A stretch of 60,341 bases of DNA, the filler included, from Sphacelaria rigidula (lineage: Eukaryota): assembly GCA_964200075.2 (NCBI GenBank). It is 8 parts of 8 records of this genome, joined end to end, with 100 filler letters (N's around TTAATTAATTAA, not from the genome) between each part and the next. Parts side by side here need not be neighbours in the genome. Positions count along the whole stretch, not along the records: positions 22,668 to 30,122 come from CAXNAA020014842.1; positions 30,223 to 37,677 come from CAXNAA020014843.1; positions 37,778 to 45,232 come from CAXNAA020014844.1; 5 more parts are not named here. One strand, 5' to 3'. This document shows positions 25,921 through 38,589 of this stretch, one piece after another (position 1 is the first letter of the stretch; each line of letters starts with the position of its first letter). The notes under the pieces are model-generated. The model saw only the letters and a list, made by a program, of their open reading frames with translations, was not told where the DNA came from and ran no database searches. Position numbers and translations under genes: made by a program.

Positions 25921-26784
25921 CAGGGATGTCCATAAACCGGTTCGGAACCGGTTCCGAGTTACCCGGGTAGGTTCCGCTGAAATTTGGGGTTATTTTGTAC
26001 TCTGCAGGGCCCCCTCACTGCAGGCTTGTACATTCTACATACAGCGCTCGTCCAGTGACGAGCTAGTAGAGGAGTTTTGAGAGCACAGTCTTCTTCGCCG
26101 TTCTTTGCTTTATTGTGTTGCCTGCTTTCGATTTTTTTCAAAGTCAAGCGAAGGCAGTAGCAGGAGTGCTGGTACGTTGAGAGTTGAGAGCCGGCGGGGC
26201 AAGAGATTGATATCTGATTTCTCGGGCTCTTCGATCTTGGGAGGGGTGGAGAGGGGAAGTACGTTGTTTGCGCCCTTGGCTTCAGCGAAGGAAAACGCGT
26301 TGACTTCTGTAGGGCTTGATCAGCTTGTTTGTTGTTTCTTTGCGTATACTTCGAAGTGTACCGCATTTCTTTGTTCAATGCTGGCAAGCTACGGAGCTAA
26401 TGAAGTGGTATGAGCCATACGCGCAACCTACCCTGCCCAAATATGAATGATGAAACATGGAACACTAAACGAGCGTGCTTTACTTTTTTCTGGGGCGACA
26501 AAAAATAAAAAACACACACTCCTTTCACTTGTACAGTGGAGAAACCATCACATCGCAAACAACTGGTAGTCACCACGCCAAAGCGCCCCATTTGGAGGTG
26601 GTCCACCCAAATTAAAAGCGGTATAAACTATACAGCCACTGAAAGAAACAGGATTGGAAACCCCGGGGATGGGCATTTTTCATCCCCTGTTTTTTGCGGT
26701 TATAACCGATAGGTTCTGCCACAAGCTGATTTCGGGTTATAACCGGCAGGTCCCGGGGTCGGTTCCGGGTTATGGACATTCCTG
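25921..26784. mobile_element. Non-autonomous hAT-like element
   Basis: TIR cagggatgtccataa / ttatggacattcctg; 8-bp flanks aacataat / aacttaac; subterminal AACCGG/CGGTT repeats. Confidence 0.8.
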
Positions 26785-27244
26785 AACTTAACCCTTCGAC
26801 CACGAGGGTAGTCCATCGGGACCATACATATACTTTTCTCAAGTGAAACTGATGTCATGTCAACACATTACCTAATTTCGCCAAAGGGTCAAAGAATGCG
26901 TTGTCCGAAGAAGCGGCTGCTCTCCACGAGAACAGACGAGCGAAAAAATCCATTTGTTCGCTTTTAGACGCTCACAACGTGGCCCGAAGCGACACAGCCC
27001 GTCATGACGGGAGCAGCACACGCAAAAGCGGTCACAACGTGTTTTTGTCCAAATCGCGCCGATTTGAGGTCTGACAAAGCACACGTTGCTTGGAGCAACC
27101 TTTGCATCCCCTTTGCCCGAGGGTTCTCATATGCATTGGGTCGGGTTGGGGTTACTGTTAGGGTTGGTTAAAAACAAACAGGGGTATACACGTTACACAC
27201 GTGACGCATTTGAAAAAACTGGAAAAAACATAACTTTGGGCCAT

Positions 27245-27459
27245 TCAACCCGTAGACCGCGAGGGTAGTCAATGTGGATCGTGCAAACATTGTTGAGGTA
27301 AAATTGATGCCGACTTAACAGATGACCCACTGTCGCCGTTTAAGGGTTAACCCTTAGATCGCCAAGCGGGCTGTCCATCTGGATCACGCACTCTTTTTTC
27401 AAGTGAAAATTGATGCCGATTCAGCAGGTCATCTACCGCCGTCGCGGTCGAGGGGTTGA
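27245..27459. mobile_element. Two tandem ~100-bp piggyBac-like MITEs sharing a TTAA; third partial copy at ~26788
   Basis: (T)TAA-CCCTT...AAGGG-TTAA ends and related internal sequence (aagtgaaa(a)ttgatg). Confidence 0.55.
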
Positions 27460-27725
27460 CGCTACGTAAGGTTTGATTTTTTGGACGGGACAAATGTAAC
27501 GTGTGGACCTTGAAGCAGTGTCTCCTGGGATTTTCCAGGTGTAAAAAAGGGCTGTTTCTGTGATTTTTTTTAATGTGACACGTTACAAATTCACGGAAAC
27601 AAGCAGAGTTTTCGTCACACTTGGAAAGTAAAACGCGATGTGGGGGTTCATTCGAAGGACCACAAGTTACACCACGTTCCGTTACATTTGTCCCATCCAG
27701 AAACTCAAAACTTACGTGGCGTCAA
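27456..27725. mobile_element. MITE with ~46-bp imperfect TIRs
   Basis: ttgacgctacgtaaggtttgattttttggacgggacaaatgtaacg is mirrored at 27680-27725. Confidence 0.7.
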
Positions 27726-27994
27726 ATGACCCGAAGTTACGTTTTTTCGAATGTGTCGCGTTAGAGTGTCACGTTCGAGTGTGCACGCCTCGAAAAAATA
27801 AGCCATAGTTTTTGGACCAATGCTAGAGGTTGCCTTCGTCCTTATTTCAAGTGTGAGACGCACTAAATATCCAAATAGCCGTGCTGACACTGAAATGAGG
27901 TAATACATCTTCGGGAAAGTTCTAGTAGAAGTGGGGAGACCACTGGCAAAGCGTGGGTCGGGGGGTGGTCATGCAGCAAAGACCAGCCGCATGT

Positions 27995-27995
27995 T

Positions 27996-28029
<34 letters not shown>

Positions 28030-28180
28030 GGTGGGTGGGTGGGTGTTGTCATCCCATCTTTTCTGGACGCCGGTCAATACCGTTCGGTATGTGTGGGCGC
28101 ATCAGCCGGGGTCACACAGGAGGAAGGCCAACACAGGAGCTTTTTTTTTCATTTGTTTTCAATACCCCACCTTCTGCGAT
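27995..28180 (-). mobile_element. 5'-truncated SINE family A copy with (CA)n tail
   Basis: (TG)n followed by ...ctggacgcc...cagccggggtcacacaggaggaagg on the plus strand. Confidence 0.8.
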
Positions 28181-29376
28181 GATAGCCTTCATTTTTCACC
28201 ACGTGTTCTGGTTATATGCAGGGTGTACATGATACATAAGTGAGCACCTGATGCACACTTTATCCGACGAAATACGCTTGGGGTTATCACCGATCACCGA
28301 TACACGACGGCAACATTAGAAAATTCGGCAGTTGGAAAATGGACGAGTGCAACACATGCACGGATTGACTGACATGTCCCAGCTCAAACAAGTGCTCACG
28401 AATTGTGCCGTCTGCACAATGCGCGACCTCTTGTCTGCACCTGCGTATCGTGTACTGAGTATTTATTCAACGTGCGGTCGCGAAATGATCCGAAACCGAT
28501 CTTCTAGTACACTCCACGATAGTAAAGTACGACCCCATCGTGCGGGACCCGCACTTGAAAATGAATGGATTTTTGAACCCATGCGTGAGTGAGACACTAA
28601 TCGGGTGACATTGCACAGAAAAGGCGTCGTGACAACGGCGGGATGGCGTTTTGTTTGGATATGCAAGAAAAAACGTGTGCGGGGGGGAAAGAGATGACTT
28701 AGTTGTCGCACAGGTCGATCAATCTGACCGAGGAACCATGCGTACAGCCGCTACCATGCGACAAAATTGGGGTTTGTATTTTTGTAATAGAATAAACAAG
28801 GAGCATCAAAACCACTCAAGGAGAACAAATGATGGGCTGTCTGCTTCACCTGCACCCAGCAAGCAGCCACGGCAAAACGAGCAACACGAAGAGAACGAAC
28901 AACAGCGGCATAGTGGCCTCTCACACAGGGTACCAAGGTATCAACACATGCCCGCATTTCGAAAGAGAATAAACGCGGCAACTCCAAAACCGCATATGAA
29001 GGAGAGCACCCACGCGAAATCAAAGAAAATGCGGGGGGAATGTGTTCAGAATGTTCGGATGTTCCATGCACTCACAACTACTCCTAGACTGTCCGCCTTT
29101 TGCCGCGGCCCGGAAAACCACGCTGTCGCAGCCCGCCAACAAGTGGCCTTTGAGTGAGCTTTGTTCTTGCCGAAGGCAAATGTGGGACCATGAACACGCC
29201 CATATAAACAAAGATAGCGCCCACGAATAATGGGTAGATACCCGTCCCGTGTGCTACTTTCTCATACCGCCCGGGTCAACCACGAGCCCTTGGGCGTTTT
29301 CCAACAAACGATTCCGTGTCTTCTGTGTTGTGGTTTGTGGAGCTATGGGAGGGTTTACACATAAATAAACGCGTAC

Positions 29377-29514
29377 CTTATTCGACATGACCATGGAGAC
29401 CGAGCAGAAAGAGTAGCTTAGCGAGCTAAGCACTGCCATTATTCCCAGCCGTCGTTTCGCTTGTTTCGCTGTCCCTCCCCCTCCGCTTCCCGCCTCAGCC
29501 TTCCCAAGCGTCAT
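29377..29514 (-). CDS. First coding exon of a nucleotide-sugar (GDP-mannose-like, VRG4/GONST family) transporter
   Basis: ACCATG start, 46 codons ending LSYSFCSVSMVMSNK (typical TM1 motif of this family), then AAG|GTACGC donor. Confidence 0.7.
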
Positions 29515-29954
29515 GGTTTCTGCCTAGCCAAGTAGATTGGTCTGACCTCGAAACAGCAGTGGGTGCTCCACTTGTCCCCGACAGGCGAAACGAGAAAATC
29601 CTGCAGCACCGGGAGTAGTCCGTTCCGTTGTTAAAGCTCCAGGCCCGACCAAAGCTCCTGTGTGCAAAAAAGTTTTGTTCAGCTGCGATCGTGCTGGGAA
29701 ATGTCGTACTCTCACTCCCCCTACTCTGTGTATATCGCGTGAGAGCACAGGGCAAGGTGATGGTTGTGGTCTCTGTCGAGGACTTCCCCCTACACTACAA
29801 TACACGTACGGGTATAAAATGTTCTTCGGGGCGTAGCGGCTGGATGACTCCTGTTTCGAATTGTGCAGGCGCAACGGCCGCTGTACACATGGTTGAGAAT
29901 TGGTCATACTCCATCACGTACATCGCCTGTGTCACACCCACAACGACTTTTCGT

Positions 29955-30118
29955 GTGGTGTTGTGTGTGTTGACGTCCCATTTATTCTGGACGCCAGTCT
30001 GCCCCTTTCGGGATATGTGGGCACATCAGCCGGGGTCACACAGGAGGAAAGTTGACACAGGAGCTTTTTATTGTTCATTTCTTTTTAGTACCCCACCTTC
30101 CTTCTGCGGTGCTTGCCA
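29955..30118 (-). mobile_element. SINE family A copy at contig end
   Basis: Same cagccggggtcacacaggagg core and TG-rich tail. Confidence 0.8.
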
Positions 30119-30222
30119 TTATNNNNNNNNNNNNNNNNNNNNNNNNNNNNNNNNNNNNNNNNNNNNTTAATTAATTAANNNNNNNNNNNNNNNNNNNNNN
30201 NNNNNNNNNNNNNNNNNNNNNN

Positions 30223-30377
30223 GACCACGGCTGGATCATGACTCCTGGGGAATCGGTTTAAGGGGGGTTATCGTAGAAAGTGTCAACTGTCGGATACTAT
30301 TTGTGATTGATTGATTTAGATGACTGCCATTACCCCCCTTAAACCGATTCCCCAGGAGTCATGATCCAGCCGTGGTC
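30223..30377. repeat. Perfect 46-bp inverted repeat with a ~63-nt spacer
   Basis: 30223-30268 is the exact reverse complement of 30332-30377. Confidence 0.9.
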
Positions 30378-32386
30378 ATTATCCAGGTGATAAACGGACC
30401 GGAGACGAATCAAAACTGAAACACTCGCTGTAAAAAAATGAAAAACATAAATGATAAAACAGAACAACACAGTAGACTAATTTATTATGGAGTATTGCGT
30501 ATCGGAGGAGCACTCCCGGACGGCGTCGACTCGGGCCAATGAAGCTCTCCTCGCCACCCACGCCGCTGATGCGTTCAAGAACGGATACCACTGTCTACCG
30601 AAAATCACTCAATATGCGTGGAATCTTGTGCTTGGCCTGACAGCTACACCACCGGAGCCATGATGTTTGATTGGCGCCTACGAGTTCGGGCTTTGATAAA
30701 TCGACGTGCCTCAGGAACGAGTGACATGCTTTTCGGGAGTGTGACTTCCTCATGGAAATGTTGGTCGGCACGCCAGTGAATAGGACTGAATCTTCGGAGG
30801 CGGCGCCATACCTTGTGATGGACTATAGGATGGGAAACTGCGGCGCTTGTATACCACGCAGGAAACCGAAGGCGAAGCCGGTAAACAAGGCATCGTCAAC
30901 ACAGGAGGCAGCACCCGAACCACTCGCACTTCGTTCGAACCCATCATTTCTTGTTCATTAACAGCCGATGATCGAATTTGAGGATGGAACTTTTCATTGT
31001 GGATGAGAACCGAGAGAATTAAAAACTCCGTATCTACACCAAATCTTCGAAGTGTAGTTCTATTCATTCACCTCCTGGTAGCTATTGACAACTACTACAC
31101 GCCGTACCAATTTAAATTTCGATAACCGAAATGTTGGGGTCCTGGTTGAAGAAAATATTTCGGGGAACTTCGGCGATCCGCTCGTATAACCTAAGTTCCC
31201 CCGAACATAATCTTCCCTTAGGACCCCAATATGTCGGCGATCGAAATCCAAATTTGTAGGACGTGCAGTAGTTCTCAAAAGCTCCATCTTCAATTTCGAT
31301 GATCGGCTGTTCATTGAATCTTCGGAATGTTCTTCAAGGTAGCGTGAGTGGTTACGGCTAATATGGGAACTTGATGCAACAACATGGCAGACTAAATCGC
31401 CATGAATCTCTCTCGACACAAGTATCCATAATCCGGCGCATTCATAAGGGGGCGTGTTCGATTTGCTCGAAAATAAAAGAATAATATCTTCAGACGCTCC
31501 TTCATACTGGCATGCATTTAGCCTGTTGTCTATCACTCACACACTCGAACGTCAATTGAAGATGGCGGGGCATGACGACAGAACTTTGCCATCAAAGATA
31601 GGGTGTTCAATGGATAGAATTGCGCTTTCTCGTGATGAGTGATTGAAAATATTGCTGTGGGGGGCGCGCGGGAGGTATACTGTACTACAAAAAGACATGA
31701 CGTCACCGTGCTCCGATATATGAGAGTGGTCTAATGGCTACAACTGACACCGATCCCGTCGGGATATCAGATATACATGGGTAAGTACACAAGTAAGTAC
31801 ACAAGACAGGCGGGAGCACTCTCAAAATAGATCTCGATGATCGCGGGGGTATACACTTTATATACTCTATACTCCGTATATCCAAAGAAACGACGAAATC
31901 TACACAGGTGACTAGGGGGCGACCGTACTCAACTGTTGCTTGCCTTAGTCGTTTGACCATTGACCACGCATCCCTTTCGAGACGGAGCACCATCTAGAGG
32001 TAACTGGGGGGAGGGGAATGGTCCGCCGTAAGAACAGATGTGACTTTATCCGCATGCCGCCTTGTCGCGGGGCCACTACTGTAGCTGTTTCTGACCTCGC
32101 GACGCGAACGTTGCCTTTGCCTTCCGGGATGCTGCCGGGCCTTGAGTTGGAAGGGACAGCGACCGAGAGGGTCGACGTCGGCTGCAGCCTGCTCAGGGCA
32201 TTCGATGCAACGAAACACAACACGGACGCAAGGAAGTATTATGACACAGCAGGTTGATATGGTCCCAAAACGTACCATGAACATGCAGCGTCTGACCGTT
32301 ATATCGTGTGTATCGCAGGCTAACTTGAGCCTGCATCATCGTGTGAGCGGGCATGCCATCCTAGATCTTTCAACTTTGTATACATG

Positions 32387-32420
<34 letters not shown>

Positions 32421-32428
32421 TGTATGTA

Positions 32429-32978
32429 CAGTAGTGGGCGGTCTAACTATTTAGGGGTGTTTTGGGGTTTTCCTCGGGTACTACTCTTCGATAGAACTCG
32501 AAATTGCTGACGTCGGTAGATTTTGATACGGTAAAACAGATCTTCTTCGAAACACAGTGCCCAAGTGAGTGTTAGTTGGTGGTATCGGGCGATACGAGTA
32601 AATACCCCGTTCATCAGGAGGGTGTTATTGGCCGTGAAACACAGTTTTCGGCCCTAGTGCACTGAGTAGGCAGAATGTCAAAAAAATAAAACTGCATGTT
32701 TCTTTGAAAACATGATCGGGACGGGCTCGATCGACCGAAAATACAGAAGAGTGAGAACCTGGGCTGAAACGTGGCAGGATCCCCGATGACCGGCCAGCCC
32801 GTGAGTCACTCAATATTGAGTACAGATGGTTTTTTCTTCTTGGGACGTGGAGCGGATACCAATATCTTCAGATTCCAGATGTGATCGGGGGCGGCAAGCG
32901 AAAATAGCCCAAGAAAATCGACAATTACGAAAAAATCAAAAACTGCCACAAAATGAATAGTTAGACCGCCCACTACTG
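32429..32978. mobile_element. Tc1/mariner-type MITE inserted in a (TATG)n microsatellite
   Basis: Perfect 23-bp TIR CAGTAGTGGGCGGTCTAACTATT with TA on both sides; TATG repeats flank both ends. Confidence 0.9.
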
Positions 32979-33475
32979 TATGTATGTATGCATGTATGTA
33001 TGTCAGCACCTATGCATGTATGTAACCACCTATGTGTGTACCTGTGCATCTATTTATCTATCCATGTATGTGTATGTATGTAAGTATGTATGTACATATG
33101 TACGTACATATGTACGTATGTACGTACGTATGTATGTATGTATGTATGTATGTATGTATGTATCCATCTATGTGCATGTATATTGTTGCCGTGACAAGGT
33201 GTCTTTTGTGGTCAAGGCTGAATTCGTGGGGGATCAGTCACTATTAACCGAAAACCCCAACATAAAGCGTCCCGCCAACGACAAGTAATCGTTTGATTCG
33301 GAAAGGTGTGAGTACCAGGATACGGCCACGTCCAAACACTCCGTCGTCAGCGATTTGGGGTGTGTTGTTTCTCCGGAAAATTCTTGCGGGGAAAGTTTCA
33401 TGTCGGATGGTCCGTTACTTCGAGGGGGGCTGAGGATTTGTAAGTAAACAATGGTTGGTACTATGGAGATGCCGC

Positions 33476-33505
33476 CAACCCTAACGCTAACCCTAACCCT
33501 AACCC
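33476..33505. repeat. Short interstitial telomere-like (CCCTAA)n
   Basis: About four units, one variant. Confidence 0.6.
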
Positions 33506-34286
33506 CGACCAAGGCATACCGAGAATCCTCGGGCAAGGGGGTGCAGAGTGTTCCCTATGAAAAGTGTGCGTTGCCAGAGCTCAAATCGACGCCTTTCAGC
33601 CGATTTTGGACCAAAACACGTTCTGGACGAGCTGGGCCCACTGCTCACCTGCCCCAGACCATGCATTTTCTCAGAACTTTGTTCAGTCTAAAATCAAGTA
33701 AAATCGATAACCAACCATTGTTTACGTACAAATCCTCAGCTCTACTGGGGTATCGTCGAGTGTCGGATTACTCCTCTGAAGAGCATCACTCCTTCTCGCC
33801 CGCTTCAAAAGTGATGCTCGATCGCCGGGGCGGTGTGTTGTGTTCATTTTTCAAGTCAAAGTCTCTGGACATGGTCGCCTTTTCCTACAATAACTGGCTA
33901 TAATATTCTTCTCCGCGCGCCGCTAATTTAAATTTTAAGGTGAAGCCTTCGAGGAATAAAAATGCGGTGGACATTTCAGATAGGCAGAAAAAACTTCGAT
34001 CGCACTTTTTCGATCGGAAGAAAAGTGCCCAGACACGCCATAACTGTGACACCACACCACTGCAGACATTGATCCTCCGTCGGCAGAACACTTTCAAAAT
34101 ATCCGTGAAGCCAGTAGTACACACGGATCTGATGTATCTACAACGTACAGTAACCGATCGTTCAAAAAATGAGGGACGTACGCAAGGGTGGGTGAAAAAA
34201 ATATCCCTGGACCCACTTTCACTTTCTTCCATTTGGGGCCGATTGGGGGGGGGCGGGGAAGGGGTAGCACTGTTGGGACCGTGTCC

Positions 34287-34500
34287 GGGCTGGCAGGTTC
34301 TGGTTCTACACTAAATCCCGTATACTCAATGCAACCAAGCGGACTGGCAGGTTCTGGTTATATCCTAAATCCTTTATACTTATGAAACCAAGCGGGCTGG
34401 CAGGTTCTGGTTATATACCAAGTTCTGTATACTCAATGTAACCAAGCGGGCTGGCAGATTCCGGTTCTATACTAAATCATATGTACTTGATGCAACCAAG
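34287..34500. repeat. Minisatellite, ~54-bp unit x4
   Basis: gggctggcaggttctggtt...tatactcaatgcaaccaagc repeated four times. Confidence 0.9.
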
Positions 34501-35349
34501 CTCAACCACAACTTACTTGGTTTTATGATGGGTTGAACAGGGAAGAGTCACTCCAATTGTAGAGCACGCCCAAGCACAAGCAGCAAAAAACGAAACAGTC
34601 GCGGTCTCGGTAAGTCTTAGTTTGGTGTTGGGCTAGAAATACGCTGTGTAAGCGAACATAAACCGCTGTGTAAGCGAACATAAACCGCTCATGATCCGTT
34701 GATCCAACCTGATCATGATTTCTAGCAAACTCAAGTGAGTCAGATGATTCGAGTTCGGCACTCCAACACTACTTTACTGTAGAAAAAGCAGAGCCAAGGA
34801 TTTTTCGCAAAAACGCGACGAGACTAATTAGTTGGGACAAACGATCGAGGCGGGGGAGGGAGTCAGTTGCGACGAACCACAAACCCTTCACTCGTCTGTG
34901 ACCGCAGCAACCACTGCAACGGCCGCACTAGTGTGGCTGAGGGGGTGTAGCCGGAGGATCTGCGTTATTTATTTGGCGTCATCATTTTTACCTGCTTGCT
35001 TGAATCATCTTGAATCATCAAAGAACTATTATTGATAAATTAATCGAAAACAACTCTCAACACTGCTCAAGCCACCGCACACCATCCAAGTTTATTCGTG
35101 AAACACACGAACGAACCACGCACGGCTCGTGCGCGTTGTTTCAACAACGTGTTGCTGAGCAAGTGACGCCCCAGAGGCTGATAAAACAGTTGTCTCGTTT
35201 GAGGAAAAAAAAATCAAATCAGGAGCTGCTGGGGGGGGGAGGGGGTAGTGTGGGTTCAGGAATATTCTTTTCACCCGCCCTTGGATCAGATAGCCGAGGA
35301 ATCCCCTACATGTAGACTTCTGGTTTATATGCGCGCATATGACAGCCGG

Positions 35350-35705
35350 TCGCCCCGGTGGGCTCAGTTGGTGACCTCGAAACCTTCCGACGGTTGGGTC
35401 GTGGGTTCAATTCTCGGGGCGATCTAGGATTTTTCTCACACCATGCCCAGCAGTGGAGAGCGACAACGTCGTGGGTATAGACAAAATTCGACTTGACCGT
35501 CGACGAGGGAAAGGGATTGCAAGATCTTTCTGGCTATAAAAAATACAAGGCGAACACCGCAGAAGGAAGGTGGAGTACCAAAAGCAAATAGAAGAGAGGC
35601 TCCGGTGTTGACCTTCCTTCTGTGTGACCCCCGCTGGTTCTCCCACATATACCGAAAGGTGTAGACCGGCGTCCAGAATAGATGGGGCGACAACACACAC
35701 ACACA
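35350..35705 (+). mobile_element. Full-length tRNA-headed SINE (family A) with (CA)n tail
   Basis: A box GGCTCAGTTGG (35361), B box GGTTCAATTCT (35404), closing stem tcgccccg/cggggcga; body shared with three truncated copies; CA tail. Confidence 0.75.
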
Positions 35706-36760
35706 TATAATTCGCATAAGGTATGGGTTTGCTGTTTTTCGGTCTCCCACACTAAAATGAATTGTAAAGCCTGGGCGGGGTTTCCGCTTCAAAATTATCT
35801 TTTTTGGCCGAGACACACATTTTTTTGGAGAAAAACGCATCAAAAGCGAAAGCCTACCTGCATCTGAACACTTTTCATGCGGCCGAAGATCTCTTGCAAG
35901 TTGTTGTGCAGCACTAACCAAAGTCAGACCACCACGAACTCCACAAGGTGACGTGCGCCTGGAGGCATACATACTCCCACGCCCCAAACTTCCCGCTCCC
36001 CCCCCCCTCCGAGCGGCTTATTGGGCAAAAATTGAAATCCAGATTCTTCACAGGTTGTACCCAGGTTCCGTTGCGAATTTTCGATAGCCCTAGCCATCGT
36101 CCAGACATCATGGATCACTTTCTTGGGCGAACTATAGATGTCCTTCACATATTCTCAAGCCAAATACGGATTTCTCATGGCCCCAGCAGCGTCCGACATC
36201 CGAATTTTTATTTCACTGCATAATACTGTACCCTTACACAACTGCGATGTGGTGGCAAATAATATGAGCATGCATGGGGGTGCTTGTGAACATGGCTCCT
36301 GAGGCGATCTGCTACGACGCATTTTGATACACTAGGGATGATGGGGATGAGTATTTGCATGGTCCGTTGCAGGCACTCGTGATGCACAGCAGTGCGCTAC
36401 AGCGCGGCACTGTTGTTGTACAGTAGGCACAGTACGGTCGTGTCACGGTCACATAACGCATACAGCACGTCGAGCCCGAATCAATCCAAGCTTCCGAACG
36501 TGGGTGCTTACCCAGTAAGTGATTTGCGATTTAGTACGAGGAAAGTTCTACTAAACAAATATCGCCCTGTCGATTTTGCTGCTCCCAGTCAGTTGGCACT
36601 TGTATGCTGCACACAGTCAGTGTACGCATACAGAGCGTACATATATTCCTGTACTACAATACTCGGGATTGAGACTCACAACTCGTCATAGATTGCTGTC
36701 CGTCTGCTCGGACTGTGCAGGGTTTTCAGAGCTAGACTCGAGTTTTGAGAATCTTTCTCT

Positions 36761-37450
36761 TCAGGATCCAGTGCTCGAACACACGTGGGACGAACTGCTC
36801 GGCTCCCTCGCCTGCAAGCTCAAGCAAAGGGGCCCTTTCTACTTTGAAACCGCTAGGTCACCCCTCTTGCCCCTATCAATGCACGAGGGTAGACAGGTAG
36901 CTACTTACGCCATGAACAGACCGTCAAATCACCGTCCCGGCTCATCTTGTTCTGTCACGATCGGATACTTTTGTTCGCCTGTCCCACTGTAAAGGGTCAG
37001 AACACGGGTACTCTACTCTATTCCGAGTCTTTTCTATCCAGTAAACCCGCCAACCATGACAACTTCAACTGGAGGGTGAGATGCCAATGTCACCTTTGTA
37101 CGAGTATCGTTCAGTCGCAAAGCAGCAGTAACCTCCAAGGGGCTGGGGCAGAGCCTCAGCGCCAGAGCCAGTTCCGAGTTTTTGTCGAAGGTAATGTCAT
37201 CTCCGTCACGGTCGCGGTATGTTAACGAGATTTCTTGAGCAGCAGCGTCGTTGTCTGTGAGCTGAAACGCCGACCTTACCGCAGCTACGAGAGCGGCAAT
37301 CGTCATGGTATTCGCCGGCAGCTGCACATAGCGACACGAATCTCCGAGCTTCACCTTGATGCTTGTGGTGGGAGCTTCCATTTTCTCGGTTTCGGTGTTG
37401 TTGCTGTTGTCGTGGTTGTTCTTGCCGTCCGTGTTGGTCGTGATCGACAT
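36761..37450 (-). CDS. Small PB1-domain protein, two exons (37450-37094, 36811-36761), ~135 aa
   Basis: IKVKLG basic motif plus OPCA motif YRDRDGDDIT; AAG|GTGACA donor, ttgcAG acceptor, phase 0, TGA at 36763-36761. PB1 call is strong; the second exon is inferred. Confidence 0.75.
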
Positions 37451-38589
37451 GATTGTAAGCGGGGTGGCACTACGACCAAGCTGAGCGCAAAAAAAAAATA
37501 TGATGAGGACCTGTCCTTGGAATGTTCTCTATAATACTCCTTCGAGAACAAACAGCGAACAGTCACACACTTGTACGATACATGCAAGGGGCCGTACAGA
37601 CTGGAATACGCTATTTACCGCCCCAAATTCCCGAAAACCTCATTCTGGGCGACGGGTGGGCGGGGGAGGGGGTACCCNNNNNNNNNNNNNNNNNNNNNNN
37701 NNNNNNNNNNNNNNNNNNNNNTTAATTAATTAANNNNNNNNNNNNNNNNNNNNNNNNNNNNNNNNNNNNNNNNNNNNCTATGGTCTTACGACTATGGCAT
37801 GCATGATCATGAGTACACCCCCCCCTCCAGCTTAGCATGGCTCAAACACACAATACATTGAAATCGCCTGGAATCTGTCTAAGTTTGACCTGCGTCTTCA
37901 GTACACCCTTGTTTCTCACGCAAATTTCGATTTCACCCCACCGTTTGAACAGAAACCGCTCAGCAGGCAGCATTGCACCGGACCGACAGCAAAGGACGCG
38001 TTGTGCGTGGGCGTTATGTGCGTAAAACGTTCCGCTGGTGCTAGGTTACTATGTCCATAGCCATCGCTTGCGACAAATACAAAAAGCGGTGCTTGATTTC
38101 CAGTGTTTCCCCACATAATACCAAGCGAAACGTGGAGCGATGAAATGCCCGATGAAGCGCGAAAGGAGATAACAAAGATATGGAAACGGCTGGTCTCAGA
38201 AATGATGTGCAAAACGCACATTGTTTGAATCTGTGTTGCGGCATTCAGAAAGTGGCTGTTTTCATCGTGCCACCCTTGAAAAAGCGTGACGCAATAGTGC
38301 AGTTGTAGTCTAGTAAAAGGAAGAAAACAACATGTGCAAAGTAGAGGTGGACAAAGCTCTATCCGACGAGTGCGGTCACGTCGATTTTGACGTGCGGTTA
38401 GTTCGTGAACTGTCCGCCGAAAGTCATACCCAGGAGTTCGTCCCTAAATCGCTGCGGTCGGGCTGAATATTCGATACTTCGTTTCTGCATAGAATTTGCT
38501 CCCAAAAAGTAATAGCGGATGGATGACGAATTGTTGTTTGAAAGGGGGTGCTGATTTACTCGAACTGACCAGCAACATATTTCATAGGT

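Noticed and set aside
32980-33288. YVCM-repeat ORFs
   Set aside because: Translations of the (TATG)n microsatellite
33476-33505. Chromosome end
   Set aside because: Only about four telomeric units, located mid-contig
34287-34500. Regular ~54-bp repeats as a CRISPR array
   Set aside because: Whole units repeat with no unique spacers, no cas genes, eukaryotic context: a minisatellite
35350-35422. Functional tRNA gene
   Set aside because: A/B boxes are present but the arms do not fold canonically, there is no terminator, and it is fused to a repeat body
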